NCBI GenBank assembly: GCA_016618085.1
Contig: JABLTG010000001.1
Span: 1 to 64,000 of the forward strand
DNA: 64,000 nucleotides
Direction: 5' to 3'
Source of the DNA: Neovahlkampfia damariscottae
Taxonomy: Eukaryota
The position numbers were made by a program, and so were the translations under genes. Shown one piece after another: positions 25,885-37,190 of this stretch. Below the pieces are notes generated by a model that saw only the letters and a list, made by a program, of their open reading frames with translations, searched no databases and was not told the DNA's origin. Numbering within the stretch: the stretch's first letter is position 1; every line of letters starts with the position of its first letter.

Positions 25885-26068
25885 GATGTTGTTTTCTTCG
25901 TTTGTAGAATTGAATCGGTTGAATAAGGAAGAAAAATTATTGGATAAAAAAAGAACTTTCAGATAATCCAATATTTTATAAGAAATGCAAATTAATTTTC
26001 TCACAGAAGGAAAATGAACGTTTTGCAACAACCATCCAATGAAATCACTGTAAAATCAACGTTTAAAC

Positions 26069-27547
26069 ATGAGCAGGAAGTTGAAGATACTGTTAGGATT
26101 AGGATTCACATTATTTTCATTGTACATCCTACACACAATTTTCACTTTAAATTTAAGACTCTCAAAAACAGAACACCAGAAAGAACAATATAAAAGAGAT
26201 TTACAACAAAAAACTATTGAATATAGAACAATGGAAGAAAATTTAATAAAGTCAAAAAATCAAGAAAAAAATTTATATCTGCAAACAATGATTACTAAAA
26301 ATCAAAAAAAAAAAATTGATTCAAAATTATCAAATGATCGATCGAATGAAGAAGAAAATCCAAAAATTCCGTTAAAATTGAATATCGTAGTGCAAACTAT
26401 ATCAAGAAAGAATACAGGTTATAACTATTTAGAACAATCTTTTTCAAGTTTTAAAAGAAATTTCAACAAAATCAATTTAAAATTTGATTATTTTGCATTT
26501 TCAAGAAAGACCAATGAAAAACCAAACATAAAAGATGATTCTTTTCATTTTATTGAAACATCAGATGATTTAATTTCAAAATATAAACCTCCTTTGATTA
26601 ATAAATCCGATCAAAAATCGAAATTGATCTATGAACAAAGCAGAGATTTTTTGAAATTATTATTAACTTGGAAACAAAAATGCAAAAAAGATGAAATTTT
26701 TTTATTCATGGAAGATGATTTTACAATGTGTCCAAATGCTGCTCTAAACATTGCACAAATTTATTTTTGGTCTTTAAAGAGAAAAACCAAATTCCATGCA
26801 GTTCGAATAGGTTTTGGTTTTAATGGATTATTACTGCCTTGTAACAATATTGATGAAATGGTAAATCATATAACTAAATGTTGTTATCATCCTAAGACAT
26901 ATGCTTATCCTCATGATACTGGATTGGCCACTTATTGGTACGCACATCGTAAAGTGGGAAAAGTGATGTGGACTTTCAGATATAACTTATTTGAGCATAT
27001 TGGTAAAATATCAACTGTAATGAATGAAGAACACTCATTAATAAATCCAACATGTTATGATTCAAATGCCCATCACTTCAACTATTATGGTGAGAAATTT
27101 GATACCCAATCATGTCAACATCATATGGTATCTCCATGTAATCAGAAAAGTCATCAACAAGAATTAGAATTAGTTGATAGGGATAGTGTGCAGTCGAAAC
27201 CTTTTTTGAGCATGCCAGAAAGAAAGCTATTGATGCAGAAAATGAGTGTTAAAATTTTTGAAGGAAAGATTGACAAAGTTGCATTCTCATGTAATGATGT
27301 TTGTCAAAAAAACAATGCTAAATGTGAAGAACAATTATATCCGTTTGTAAATAATTGTGAAGAAATGAGAAGCAGGCATCAATGTCATGATCCTTGCTTC
27401 GCAGAAGTATATCGTGGATTTCATCATAAAGCTCCATTGTTTGGAAAAAACTACTGTATTTTTTTAGACCAACCATCATATAAATGTGATATTAAATTCG
27501 ATTGGAAGGGTTATCATAAACTATGTGCTTGCAAATTAAACAATTAA
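26069..27547 (+). CDS. Type II membrane glycosyltransferase (GT-A, MGAT4/GT54-like) with Cys-rich MGAT5-like C-terminal module
   Basis: N-terminal TM plus coiled-coil stem, FLFMEDDF, NLFEHIGKIST; tail SCNDVC...CEEQLYPFVNNC...KLCAC. Confidence 0.6.
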   Translation: MSRKLKILLGLGFTLFSLYILHTIFTLNLRLSKTEHQKEQYKRDLQQKTIEYRTMEENLIKSKNQEKNLYLQTMITKNQKKKIDSKLSNDRSNEEENPKIPLKLNIVVQTISRKNTGYNYLEQSFSSFKRNFNKINLKFDYFAFSRKTNEKPNIKDDSFHFIETSDDLISKYKPPLINKSDQKSKLIYEQSRDFLKLLLTWKQKCKKDEIFLFMEDDFTMCPNAALNIAQIYFWSLKRKTKFHAVRIGFGFNGLLLPCNNIDEMVNHITKCCYHPKTYAYPHDTGLATYWYAHRKVGKVMWTFRYNLFEHIGKISTVMNEEHSLINPTCYDSNAHHFNYYGEKFDTQSCQHHMVSPCNQKSHQQELELVDRDSVQSKPFLSMPERKLLMQKMSVKIFEGKIDKVAFSCNDVCQKNNAKCEEQLYPFVNNCEEMRSRHQCHDPCFAEVYRGFHHKAPLFGKNYCIFLDQPSYKCDIKFDWKGYHKLCACKLNN

Positions 27548-27585
27548 ATGTTATTTTTCATCCAATCAGATTCTTTTTTTCTTTG

Positions 27586-28665
27586 ATGAATTTTTTGACC
27601 TCAACGAACAGTTTGTTAGTTTTTGATTTTGTATTTTCAGCAATAACTACAATTACTATAACACTTTCATTGACACAAGATGGATATGTTTTGTATTCAA
27701 TACCCGGAGCTGTTTTACTTTCAGAAATTTTAAAACTAATTTTGTCAACATGTTTTTTCTTCATTTTTCAATTAAAAAACAATGAAAGTGTAAATTTATT
27801 TAAAGGAAATTCATTTCAAACTGTTGTATATGATAGTTTATTTTTCGTTTTACCAGCATTGCTATTTTCAATTTCAAATAATTTAACATATATTTGTTTG
27901 GAGCTTTTACCTCCTCATGTCTATCAATTATTGTTAAATTCAAGAATTATAATAACTGTATTTATTTTTAAATTCTTTTTTAAAAAAAGAATCACTATTG
28001 TTCAAACACTTTCAATAATAATTTTAATGTCAAATATTGGTCTGTCAAGACTTCAATTGCAAACTGGAATGTTTGAAATGACTTCTGTAAAATTTATTTT
28101 AGGACTTATTGCAATGACATTAATTGTAATATTATCCAGTTTTTCAAATGTTTATTATGAGTTTATCACAAAAAATCAAAAATCAAATTCAATTTTTTTA
28201 CAAAATTTTTATTTATTTTTTTATGGAGTTGTCATCAATTTTGTAATATTTTTCATACAACACCCAAATTTATCGTCAATTTTTAACAATTACAATGTAT
28301 TTACTTTTATTTCAATTTTCTTCAATTCAATTTTTGGAATTTTAGTTTTAGTCATTTTGAAACATTTGAATAATATTTATCACATTTTTATTTCAAGTTT
28401 GAGTGTCATTTTAGTTTCTATTGCAAATTTTATTTTTTTCAACGGTTCAATTACACCACATTTTCTAATTGCATTGATTATGATCATTTCAAGTTTATTT
28501 ATTTATTTTTTAGCTGATAATGAAGAATATTTACAAAATCAAGGTAGTTCCAAAAATAACTATGAACTGGCAAATCAATCAGAAGAAATTTTTGAAATTG
28601 TCCAGCAAAAATTAGAAATCGATATTCAAGAACCAGAAACAACAGAAAATGAAATAAAATCGTAA
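27586..28665 (+). CDS. Nucleotide-sugar transporter (SLC35A-like)
   Basis: VLLSEILKL, LPALLFSISNNL, YQLLLNSRI, NVYYEFITK, QNFYLFFYG; about 10 TM segments. Confidence 0.88.
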   Translation: MNFLTSTNSLLVFDFVFSAITTITITLSLTQDGYVLYSIPGAVLLSEILKLILSTCFFFIFQLKNNESVNLFKGNSFQTVVYDSLFFVLPALLFSISNNLTYICLELLPPHVYQLLLNSRIIITVFIFKFFFKKRITIVQTLSIIILMSNIGLSRLQLQTGMFEMTSVKFILGLIAMTLIVILSSFSNVYYEFITKNQKSNSIFLQNFYLFFYGVVINFVIFFIQHPNLSSIFNNYNVFTFISIFFNSIFGILVLVILKHLNNIYHIFISSLSVILVSIANFIFFNGSITPHFLIALIMIISSLFIYFLADNEEYLQNQGSSKNNYELANQSEEIFEIVQQKLEIDIQEPETTENEIKS

Positions 28666-28706
28666 CACAAAAGTGCACTTTGAAAAATTTAGTAAATCCA
28701 AATTTT

Positions 28707-30259
28707 TTATTTTCTCGTTTTGTAAGTGATAACAGGTTTCATAATAGCTATAACTCTAATAATCTCTAAATCAACTAAATCTTTGATGACTCCTTCAATA
28801 CTTTTGTAAGCTTTTGGCATTTCTTCGTATAATAATTGTTTGTCTTCACAAATCACATGACTACTGAATTTCTCAGTTTTACTCAAACTTTTGGAATTCA
28901 AATTAGAATCATTTTTTCCTATTTCTAATGATTTAGATCTTTTCCATCTTCTTCCTGCTCCGTGCGCAACTGAATAACATGATTTTTCTAAATTCTCTTC
29001 ATTTCCGATGACTAAATAAGAAAAATCTCCTCTTGATCCAGGTATGACAATAGGTCCTTGATCATTTGGAGCTGCACCTTTTCTATGCAACCAAAATTCG
29101 TTTCCGTCTTTAAATTTGGTGAGAACTACATTGTTATGCCAAATATCTAATATTTTCTTTAAATCAATTTCTTTTTCTTCCTCTTCATTCAAGATACAGT
29201 TCAAAAATCTTTTTCCAATTAATTCTCGATTTGCTTTTGCCCAATCACATGCATTAGAATGTTCCTTCAAATATTCTTTGGCTTCTTTTGATGTATCCAC
29301 TAATCCTTTCACTCCATAACTTTTTTCCATCTTTTCTAAAATTGATTGTCCGTATCCTCTCGATCCAGAATGAACCAATAAATATAAATTATCTAAATTC
29401 AAATTTAATTTTTTAGCTTCAATTTCATCTTCAATTGAATAAATTTCTTGCAATTCAGCGAAATGATTTCCTCCTCTTTAAAAGGTTAAAAGGTTTATAT
29501 TCATACCCAACTTTTAAAATTGTTAGAAATAGTGAAAAATGATTACTTGTTCCAAGAGATTTTTTATCAAAATCTGTTTCTTCAATATTTCTCGTTTTCA
29601 AGAAATTAGAAACATCACCTTCCCATTCACCATCTAAATACAGTTTCTTTATCCACTTTTCTGGCTTTGATTTATTTTTGTTCAAATTGGTATCAACGAA
29701 TAACATGCCACAACCAATGTCTCCCCCAATCAAATGTGGATATATTACCGATTCAGTAGCGAACTATATGGATTAAAATATGGTTTTAAGTGATATTTAC
29801 AGCAGTTCCAATTGGAAATCCTTTACCTGGATGTAAATCTGGCATTCCAATTGCGTATCGAACATTGGCCAATGATTTTGAAGTTGAATAAAGTTGTTTT
29901 ACTGCCTCATCATCAATAAATGATTCTTTAGCAATGATATCAACTATTGGATCTATGGTTGAAATGTTTTTTAAATCACCAATTACTCTTTCCTCAACTG
30001 TTAAAACTTTTTTTTTATCTCCAATGAAATCAGCGTTATTGGAAGATATGACAAAAGAGTACTGTTCATTTTCTTTTAAGTTTTCTATGTCTTCCTTGAA
30101 TAATTCAATACCATTTGTGTCAAATATTCTTGTTGGTTTGTTTATTCTTAGTTTATTTTTTCCGTTTTTTAGAATCTCTTGGTATAACCTTGGAATTACA
30201 ACAATTTTTCCATTTTTCAAATCACCATTCTTGTAAATATTAGCTCTAATTTTTGACAT
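28707..30259 (-). CDS. RtcB2-type (release-factor-H-coupled family) RNA ligase with N-terminal DCX/KHA-like domain
   Basis: MPDLHPGKG, GGDIGCG, SLGTIGGGNHFAE (with microexon 29507-29510), VHSGSRG, WHN, HRKGAAP, PGSRG, AHGAGR, LYEEMPKAYK; introns 29764-29800, 29511-29546, 29476-29506. Confidence 0.88.
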
Positions 30260-30593
30260 TCAATTTGTTCTGTCTTTTTGGTTTTCCACAGAAATTGAAA
30301 ATGTGATCTTTTTAATTGGTGGAAATTATCAAACTCAAAATTGAATGAGTGGATTTCAATTTGGTCTATCAACAAAAAAAAAAGTTTCACAGCCTCTGCA
30401 GAGTGATACGGAGAGTTGAATTGAACAATACTAAGAGAGAACTCAGAAAACTAAAAAAAGTATCGATGATTTTGAACAGACTCTGTCTACCAGTGTTTTT
30501 CAGAGTATTCACAGATTTCCGACTAATATTTGAATAAATTCGAGAGTAACCGATTTTTTTATTCAACCAATCAAATTTATCCACATTTTTTTA

Positions 30594-31880
30594 ATGAAGT
30601 CATTGTTAAAAATAACAAAAAATTTAAAGGTTAAGCAATTCTCATCAAGTTCTTTCCTCAGACAAGAAGTAAACCTAAAAAAAAAAGAAAATTAAAAAAA
30701 ACTACCAAGATCACTTGCAGAGATGCTCTTAACATGGCTTTAGACGAAGAATTAGCAAGAGATGATAAAGTATTCATAATGGGTGAAGAAGTTGGTGCAT
30801 ATAATGGTGCTTATAAAATCTCAAAAGGTTTACATGAAAAATACGGTGACTGGAGGTAAAACAAAAAAAAATTAAAAAAAAAAAAAAAGAGTTCAAGACA
30901 CACCAATTACAGGTTTGGATTTTTGTTTTTCAATTTTTTTTTGAAAGAAATGGGGTTTGCTGGTATCGCAGTTGGAGCAGGTCTTGGTGGTTTAAGACCA
31001 ATTTGCGAATTTATGACTTTCAATTTTTCAATGCAAGGTTTCATTTATTTAAGTTTAAATCATTTAATTAGCTATTGACCATATTATAAACTCATGTGCT
31101 AAAGCTCATTATATGTCTGCTGGTCAATTAAAATGTCCAATCGTTTTTAGAGGACCAAATGGAGCAGCAGCAGCTGTTGGAGCTCAACATTCACAAGTTT
31201 GACATTTAAAAATTCTGTTACTTACCCTTTTAAAGTGTTTTGGTGCTTGGTTTTCATCAGTTCCTGGATTAAAAGTAATATCTCCTTATTCAGCACAAGA
31301 TTGCAAGGGTCTTTTAAAAGCAGCAATTAGAGATGATGATCCAGTCGTTTTTCTTGAAAATGAAATTATGTACGGTGAAAAATTTGAAGTTGATGAAGAC
31401 TTCATGTCAAAAGATTATGTTCTTCCAATTGGAAAAGCTCATGTTGAAAGAGCTGGAAAAGATATAACTATTGTAACTTTTTCAAAACAAGTTGGATTTG
31501 CTTTAAAAGCAGCTCAAACTTTATCAGAAAAAAATGGAATTGAAGTTGAAGTTATTAATCTTCGTTCACTTCGTCCTTTGGATACAGAAACAATTATAAA
31601 ATCAGTCAAAAAAACAAATCACTTAGTTACTTTAGAAGAAGGATGGCCTCAATCTGGTGTTGGTGCTGAAGTTATTGCAGCAGTTATGGAAAGTAATTTT
31701 TTTTTAATTTTTTAAAATTTTTGAATAGGTGAAGCTTTTGATTATTTAGATGCACCTGCTATGAGAATTCATGGAGCTGATATTCCAACTCCTTATGCAG
31801 AAATTCTTGAAAAAAAAGCATTTCCACAAATTGATGATATTGTTGAAAATGTCAAAAAAGCTTTATATAAAAAAAAATAA
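30594..31880 (+). CDS. PDHB: Pyruvate dehydrogenase E1 beta subunit, mitochondrial
   Basis: [62 protein letters not shown]; six short introns. Confidence 0.95.
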
Positions 31881-31985
31881 AAAACCATTTTCTTTCATTT
31901 TAAATCGATTTTGTTCACAAAAAATGAATCTGAATTTTATTGGTGCGTTTGACCTGAGGTTGTAAATTTTTTTGCAGGTCCAATA

Positions 31986-33618
31986 ATGAGCGAATCCGTC
32001 CAAGAAAAAAATCTTGAAACAAAAGAGAATTTACTTTCTTTATTTGCATCAGACACTTCTTCATTTAAAGATGAATTATATATGTCTGCACCACAAGAAA
32101 AAACAAATTTTTTAAAAAACTCAATTTTATCAAAAATTAGAGATAGAAAAAAAAACAACATAGAAGAAGTGGTAGTAGAAGAAGTATCAGAAACTGAAAT
32201 AAAACCTGAAGAAATACTGGAACCTCAAGAAGCAGAAGAGGATATTTCTCAAGAAGAAGAAGAAGAAGAAGAAAAAATCTCTTTTGATGATGAATTACAA
32301 GAAGATTTTGTCAAGTTACCTGAAGTGATTTCAACTTGGAAAAATGTTCCATGGTTAAAAAATTCAGTTTCGGAAATTTCAAAACATCCAAATATTCAAC
32401 TACATGAAGAGATAATTCAATTTTGTAATTTCCTTCAACCAACAGAATTAGAAATAGAACATAGAAAAGATGTCGTTAACCGTTTAACAAAATTACTTAA
32501 GCGTGTTCATGAACCTGCTGAACTTCAAATTTTTGGTTCCTACGCAACGTAAGTTTTTTTTTTTTTTGAAAGAGTTTATAAGAGGTTTTGTTTTACCTGG
32601 TTCTGATATTGATTTCAATGTTGTTTCTGATGATTTGACTGAAAGTGAACGTATTCAATTTCTTGCTCATTTATATGATGTTTTGAGAAAAGACAAGAAT
32701 ACATTGCAAGGATCTGTTGACTTTATAAAATCAGCAAAAGTTCCAATTGTAAAATTTGTTGATGGAATAACAGGTTTTAAAAAAAAATTTTTTTTAACAC
32801 AAAAAAATGTTAATAGGACAACATTGTGACATCAGTTTTAACTCGGGTGGTGGTGCAGCTATTGAGATAATAAACAAATATTCAGCTCGATATCCAGCAA
32901 TGAAATATTTAATCACCATCATAAAGTATTTTATGAAACAAAGAGGTTTAAATGAAGTTTATACTGGTGGAATATCAAGTTATTCATTAAATCTAATGGT
33001 AATATACTTTTTAATTATAAAATTCTATTTTCAAAGTTGATTAGTCACTTACAAATGCATACAAGCAATTATGAAGAAAGTGTTGTAAATTCAACTTCAT
33101 TGGCAACTTTGTTAGTTGATTTTTTTGCGTTATATGGTATCTATTTTAATCATCAAAGAGTTGCAGTTGAAGTAACTTCAGGTGGAATTTACAGAGAAAA
33201 AAACATTTATGAAAAAAAAAGTTTTGACTCTCGTTTCGTTTTTATTGATCCATCTGATCCTGATAATAATGTTTCAGGAGGAACACGGAATGTAGCTGCT
33301 GTTAAAGAAGCTTTTCGCAGTGCTTTTTCTTTACTTACTTCCAATGCAAAAACTGAATCACCTTCAATTTTGTCGAGAATTATAACCATCACAAAAGGTT
33401 AGTATTCTTTACTTTTTTTAAAGTTTCAAGAATTGGTGGATAGAAGAGTTTATGTTTTGGGAGATAAAGAGTTTGAACCTCCTTTGATGGAAACAGCAAA
33501 ATTACGATTTGGTTCAAACAAGAGAAAAAGTATGGATGGAAAATCTGAAAGACCAAAAAAAAAGCAAAAAAAAAATAACAAAAAAAAGTATCAAAACAAA
33601 AAAAATCAATGGAAGTAA
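31986..33618 (+). CDS. Non-canonical poly(A) polymerase, Trf4/PAPD5 (TENT4)-like
   Basis: LHEEI, FGSYAT|GFVLPGSDID, AKVPIVKF, DISFN, LNEVYTGGISSYSL, DPSDPDNNVS. Confidence 0.88.
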
Positions 33619-33641
33619 TGTTAGTTTTTGAAATAAAAAAA

Positions 33642-35330
33642 TTAATTTTTAATTTTCCAAATTTCGTTTTCTTCTCGGATTGAAATTTTTTCATCTGAAT
33701 CCATTGTATCTCTTAAATGACTTGGTAACAAGCTTTGAAAATTATTGAAATTTTGATAACAAATTGGTCTAACCCATCTTGAAAGTGCTGTTGGTCCAAC
33801 TGCTCCAGATCTAATATCACTACATGCAGGATAAGGACCACCATGATGCATAGCAGATGTAACTTCAAGTCCTGTTGGAACACCATTCAATAACACTCTT
33901 CCAACATTATAGGAAATAAAATCTAGAATGTCATTCATATCATTTGTTTTGATATCATTTTCTGTAATTTCAAGTGTTGTACTGAGTTGTCCTTCTAATT
34001 TGGAATAACAAGTTTTCAAATCATCTAAAGTTTCACATTCAACTACCAATGTGATAGGTCCAAAAATTTCATTTGATAAAATTTCTGAATTTTCTGAAAA
34101 AATTTTTGAATTTGTTTTTAATACAATAGCACCCATATGATCATCTTTTGAATTGTTTTTATGAAAAACTTCAACACCTTTAATTGATGAATTTTTTTTG
34201 AATCCATTTTCAAATGAAGCTCTAATTCCAGTTGTTAGCATTCTGTGAGGTGGTATGGTTGGTAAATAGGATTTCAAGGTTTCAAAAAATTCTCTTTTTC
34301 CTTCATTTCCTAAAACAAATAATAAACCACTTTAAAAAAGTTTTTGTGTTAAATTTTTTTTTTGTTTACGGATTTGTGCAGAATTGACCACAACTATTGG
34401 TAAAGCTATCCACAAAAGATTTAGCAAATTCTTTAGCATTTTTTTTTAAATAATCTGGAAAAACGCAACTAAAAATGAATTGTAAATTTTTTTGATTTTT
34501 TTTTACATCGGATTTACAGAACCCATTTCAGCATAAACTGGAATTGGAACTTTTCTTTTTGAAGCTATATCTAATAAAGCTCTACCACCTGGAATTGATC
34601 CTGTGAAACCAATTCCTTTAATTGTAGGATCAGAAACAATTTTTCCACCAACAAATTCTTCTCCGTGTAACATGGAAAAAGTACCTTCTGGCATATCTGA
34701 TTCTTTAACAGCATCTTGAATTGCTTCAGCAACTAATTCACATGTACCTATGTGAGCAGGATGAGCTTTATGAATTACAGGATTTTTAGTGGCCAATGCT
34801 GAAATTGTATCACCACCAGCAACACTATAAGCAAATGGAAAATTTGAAGCACCAAAAACTCCAACAGGTCCAATTGGAATTAATGTTCTTCTCAAGTCTG
34901 ATTTACCTTCTTGAATAAAAAGTCTACTTTCTGTAAAAGCACCATTTAAAATAGCATCTGAAAATGATTGTATTTGAAATAAAGTTCTTTGAAATTCACC
35001 TGCTAACCTTGGTTTTGCTAAACCAGTTTCATTTCCAGCGATAGCAAGTATTGGTTCTTGTCTTTGACTTAAAATTGTTTTTATGTTTTGAAGGAATTTA
35101 TAAACTTCTTTTGTTGTTTTTTTTCTGAAAATTGGTGTTGCTTCTTTTGCTAATTTCATTGCTTTGTTAATTTCTTCTTCAGTTGCTTCTATCAGTTTTA
35201 CATTGTTGTTTCTTGTTGAAATTTTTTCAACACCAAGGCTACTTAATTCATTTCCAATGAAGTTTTTTCCATGTAAAAATCTTTTGTTCAAGTGTTTTAA
35301 AACTTGTTGTTTTCCGCTTCTTAGAAACAT
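33642..35330 (-). CDS. Alpha-ketoglutaric semialdehyde (2,5-dioxovalerate) dehydrogenase-type ALDH with mitochondrial presequence
   Basis: VFGASNFPFAYSVAGGDT, KAHPAH, GFTGS, AEMGSVNP, GQFCTNP, EIFGP, HGGPYPA, RWVRPICYQN; two introns. Confidence 0.85.
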
Positions 35331-35763
35331 TTTTTTATTGGTTGAAATCTGAACAGAATTTGCCTTTATAAAAAGAAAACTAGAAATCAAAAAAATGGTT
35401 AAAAGGATACATATTTCTGCGAGAATGCTTGAATTTTTGAACCATCAATTAAGTGACCTAAAAAGTAGTGTGGGAGAAAATTTACAAAAACATTGAAAAA
35501 CCACAAAAAAAGGACAAAATGATTCACAATTGGAAAGGCAAATTTGATAAATTTCCTTCAAAATGATCAAAGTAGAGCTAGTTCTATTATCTTGATTTGG
35601 AGAACTAAATTGGAATTGGAATCTTCAAGTTTATTTTTACACAATAAACTGTGAATTGGGTGGTTTATTACCCGGTGTGGGATATCCAACCAATCATATT
35701 CCAAAAACTCATTTATAAAAGCAGGAACAAATTGGACAATCAAACATCAAAACAAAGAAAAAC

Positions 35764-35982
35764 ATGAGTGAAGTAACAAAAGAAAAAATTTCAGAAACAA
35801 TGGCAAAAGGAGCTGAAGATGTAAAAGAAAAAGTATCAGACGTCACAGACTCAATAAAAGAAAAGCATGAGGAAATCAAAGAAAAAAATGCAAAAGAGAA
35901 AGCTGAAAAACAGAAAGAGTCTATCATAGAGAAAGCAGGAGAACTCTATGAAGAGACGAAAAACTATATCACTGGAAACTAA
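35764..35982 (+). CDS. Small hydrophilic LEA-like protein
   Basis: 72 aa, K/E/A-rich repeats (VKEKVSDVTDSIKEK, IIEKAGELYEETK). Confidence 0.55.
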   Translation: MSEVTKEKISETMAKGAEDVKEKVSDVTDSIKEKHEEIKEKNAKEKAEKQKESIIEKAGELYEETKNYITGN

Positions 35983-36218
35983 AGTGAAATAAATATTATT
36001 TTGAATGTTTCTTTGTTCCTTCTCTGCAGACAATTTAATACAATTAACCAAAGTATTTGAATCAACACTTGATGGAAAACATTCTTTCAATTGTCACTGT
36101 CGGTTTTATGGAAAAATATGCTGGTAGTTGACAAAATACAAAAAATCATGAATTGTTGATATAATAATATTCTATTAATAGAATTCATGTTTCATTTGAA
36201 TTATGCATTCTTTTCATA

Positions 36219-37141
36219 TCATTTATGAACCCGAAATTTAAAATTCAAATTCTTAATTGATTCCTTCTCTTCTTTCAATTTTGGAAAATGGTTCAATTTT
36301 TCATTGAATTCATAATTCTGCTGAACATTAAATTTCAAACTTTCAACCAAATATTCCGCATATAATACATCTTGTATTGATTTATCTCGAACTTGAATAC
36401 TCAAAAATTTCAAAGATAAATTGCAATTGTCCATATGTTGAATGGAATCCAATCCTATTTTATTCACTTGAAAAAAAAAATCAGAATAAGATAATTCTTG
36501 AAACTCTTCAAATTAAGACTTTTTAATGATCTATTAGCTTTTAAACCCTCACAGAGGGAAATTACACCTTCATCTTCGATTTGATTTCCTTTTTCAAAAT
36601 TAATAAAATATACAATTGAAAAGTACCTTCTAAATTCAAAATTTGAACAGTATCATTTGTTTTTATTCCTTTGCCAATATGTGAAGCGCCAATGTTACCC
36701 AAAGAATTCACTTTCAAAACAAGATGAGAAATTTAAAAAAAACTTTCTAAAGTTAAAAGCTTGATGGATTTGTTCTGACTCAAAATATTTTGAAGATGAA
36801 TACCACCATTGGATGATATATTATTTCTTCCTAATTGTAATTCTTCAATTGTATCATTGGTTTGCAGATAAACTGAAAGAGTTTCCAAACCATGATCTGA
36901 AAGACTGTTTCCACTCAAATTTAAGCATCTTATGAAAAATTTTGGCAGTAAATTCTTCAAAACAGTTGATGATCTGTTGATTGATCCAATTTGACGATCT
37001 ATTTTTTAAAGTTAAAATTTTTGTTTTTTTTCTGCCTTTGAGATCAATGACTCCATCATTAGAGTCTTCAAGTAATTTCATCAGTGAAACATTGAAGTTT
37101 TTAACTTTTTTCATATTAAAAAGATCCAAAAACAACGTCAT
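36219..37141 (-). CDS. Ribonuclease-inhibitor-type LRR protein (3' end possibly decayed)
   Basis: LNLSGNSLSDHG, LQLGRNNISSNG, LNLEGNQIEDEG repeats joined by short introns; first intron (36999-37035) needs a GC donor. Confidence 0.7.
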
Positions 37142-37190
37142 GCTCCACTGAGTTTTGAAAAAAGAATTGACCAATCACAAGATGAATATT

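Noticed and set aside
21241..35330. Possible 2-oxoglutarate metabolic cluster (D2HGDH, PDHB, KGSA dehydrogenase)
   Set aside because: Separated by several unrelated genes; consistent with chance in a gene-dense genome
36091..36190. Two adjacent imperfect hairpins resembling an H/ACA RNA
   Set aside because: Rely on many G-U/A-U pairs, lack a terminal ACA, and overlap what looks like the decayed 3' coding region of the LRR gene
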